A stretch of DNA of 64,000 nt from Candidatus Heimdallarchaeota archaeon (lineage in GTDB: Archaea; Asgardarchaeota; Heimdallarchaeia; JABLTI01), in the NCBI GenBank assembly GCA_019056785.1, contig DXJV01000084.1:1489-65488 (forward strand), read 5' to 3'. The translations under genes were made by a program, and so were the position numbers. Positions 62,748 to 64,000 of this stretch are shown piece by piece. The notes beneath the pieces were generated by a model. The model made no database searches. It saw only the letters and a list, made by a program, of their open reading frames with translations, and was not told the DNA's origin. Position 1 is the stretch's first letter; each line of letters starts with the position of its first letter.

Positions 62748-63818
62748 TCATTTTTTCGATCCGAGTTGTGACAGAGCGATTTTTTCAAATCCACGAGCAT
62801 TCGCTAACACAGGGTCTTCTGGGACAATAACCTCATCTGGTGATTTAACAATATTCTGCTCAGTCAAAATGGATTTCATGTTCTCTCCAAAGACTTCTGC
62901 CCCTCCGCCGGTGAGAATAACTTTTTCAATCCACGCATCTGGTGGAAGGGTTCCCAAGAGGGTTGACAGCTCATCTACAATTATATTGGAAATGGTTTTC
63001 ACATAATAACTCAATGTCTCTGAAATGTCAAACTGTTCACCAGCAATCATCACGTTTGTTCGGCCCATTTCGATTGACTTTATCAACTCAAATGGCCGCA
63101 TGATCTTACCCGTTTGTTGATTAAGATTGCTAGCAATTCGTTCTGCTAGGGTAGTTATAGATTCCTGTACACTACCGCTTGCAGTTCGCATTAAGCGCCC
63201 TTCATAAACAGTGAGAATATTCGTTGCACCAGCACCTATATCAATCACTACGGCATCAACTGCCCTGTTTTCACCAGAGGTTTTCAAGATTTCGTAATAT
63301 GAACCATAACATACTGGCATAACCAAACATTTGTCGATTTTCAAATGAATTTGTTTTTCTTCGCCGGTAGCGTCATTTGCAACATTGATAGTCATCGCAC
63401 CTTTGAGTCCCGAACTAAGATTGGTCATTTCTTCTTGAGAGCTTGCAACCGGCACTCCTGTTGCAATAACCAAATTTGCATAATCACTTTCAACAAAATT
63501 GGAGAGAGCGGCCTTTATAGCAATAATTGCATCTTTTAGGCTTTTCATTTTACCTTTTTCAGCAAGTGGGCGTTTAATTTCACTCTGTAATCGCGCCAGT
63601 TCTCCCACAAAAAATTTCCGGCCTTCATCCGTATGAAGAACAAGATTGTTGATCCAACTTTTGTCTGTCCCCAATCCTTTCCAGCCGGGATTTGGATCGC
63701 CAATTAAACTTGGGATTTTCACTATTTTTTGACCATTTTTTCCCACGAGCTTGGTAAGACTCGTCCCGAGATCGATACCAATGGCCAATGTATCAGTTTT
63801 TGATGTCTTTTTAGACAA
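62748..63818 (-). CDS. actin-fold ATPase, ParM/Ta0583-like
   Basis: Phosphate-1 LAIGIDLGTSLTK, phosphate-2 AVVIDIGAGATNI, adenosine motif KVILTGGGAEVF, and C-terminal NARGF. TTG start. Confidence 0.75.
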   Translation of the reverse strand: MSKKTSKTDTLAIGIDLGTSLTKLVGKNGQKIVKIPSLIGDPNPGWKGLGTDKSWINNLVLHTDEGRKFFVGELARLQSEIKRPLAEKGKMKSLKDAIIAIKAALSNFVESDYANLVIATGVPVASSQEEMTNLSSGLKGAMTINVANDATGEEKQIHLKIDKCLVMPVCYGSYYEILKTSGENRAVDAVVIDIGAGATNILTVYEGRLMRTASGSVQESITTLAERIASNLNQQTGKIMRPFELIKSIEMGRTNVMIAGEQFDISETLSYYVKTISNIIVDELSTLLGTLPPDAWIEKVILTGGGAEVFGENMKSILTEQNIVKSPDEVIVPEDPVLANARGFEKIALSQLGSKK

Positions 63819-63907
63819 TGCATTTTACCCCTATTATAGTTGTATATTTTAACCTTAAAAACAATTGATTATAATACTTTAACGATTGGGGATTTTCAGT
63901 AAAAAAA

Positions 63908-64000
63908 TTACGACGAGCGACTTTTTGATGGCTTCTTTTTCAATTGCAACTGTTTTTCAGTTTTCACAGAGGTGGTGCTAACAGGACGAATGATTAGCCC
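63908..64000 (-). CDS. 3' end of an unidentified gene running off the window
   Basis: Open frame ..GLIIRPVSTTSVKTEKQLQLKKKPSKSRSS then a stop (TAA, complement of 63908..63910). It lies 89 nt upstream of the ParM-like gene on the same strand. Confidence 0.35.
   Translation of the reverse strand, partial: GLIIRPVSTTSVKTEKQLQLKKKPSKSRSS

Overview
AT-rich, densely coded archaeal chromosomal segment with genes on both strands, many 4-nt overlaps and short intergenic spacers. The archaeal assignment rests on rpl21e-rpoF-DUF655, rpoE(Rpo7)-spt4-DUF359-rps24e-rps27ae-bud32, SRP54, pelota, adjacent proteasome alpha and beta genes, rpl40e, a TrmY-like gene and an intron-containing tRNA. Several eukaryote-type proteins are interspersed: a canonical UBC/E2 enzyme, a Rab/Ras-like small GTPase, Roadblock/LC7 domains, a NIPA-type Mg transporter, an OGG1-type glycosylase, PDCD5 and a tubby/LOR-like barrel. 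Together they suggest an Asgard (Lokiarchaeia-like) genome; this is inference from gene content only. Metabolic genes include thyX, ppa, an IPMDH-family dehydrogenase, AOR, two-subunit class I fumarase, nadA-nadC, agmatinase, and an lplA plus LipS-like radical SAM pair. I found two tRNA genes, Val-CAC with a 29-nt non-canonical intron and Ser-GCU. I saw no rRNA, no CRISPR array and no recognisable transposase, integrase or defence cassette. The most interesting candidate is the divergent pair at 52.9-55.8 kb: a zinc-ribbon coiled-coil protein with three SHOCT-like motifs facing a 599-aa PRC-barrel, helical-repeat, winged-helix protein with a Lys/Thr-rich tail. PRC-barrel proteins act in archaeal cell division, so this may be an undescribed division or cytoskeletal module. 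Other points worth a second look are a similar Lys/Thr tail on Rpo7, a decayed surface-protein gene at 20.5-21.2 kb inside a lineage-specific patch, a zinc-ribbon plus GTPase mini-operon, an HhH-Roadblock fusion, a Cys-rich micro-ORF beside a perfect 12-bp inverted repeat, and a ParM-like actin-fold gene at the right edge. All functions come from reading motifs in the supplied translations; no searches were run.
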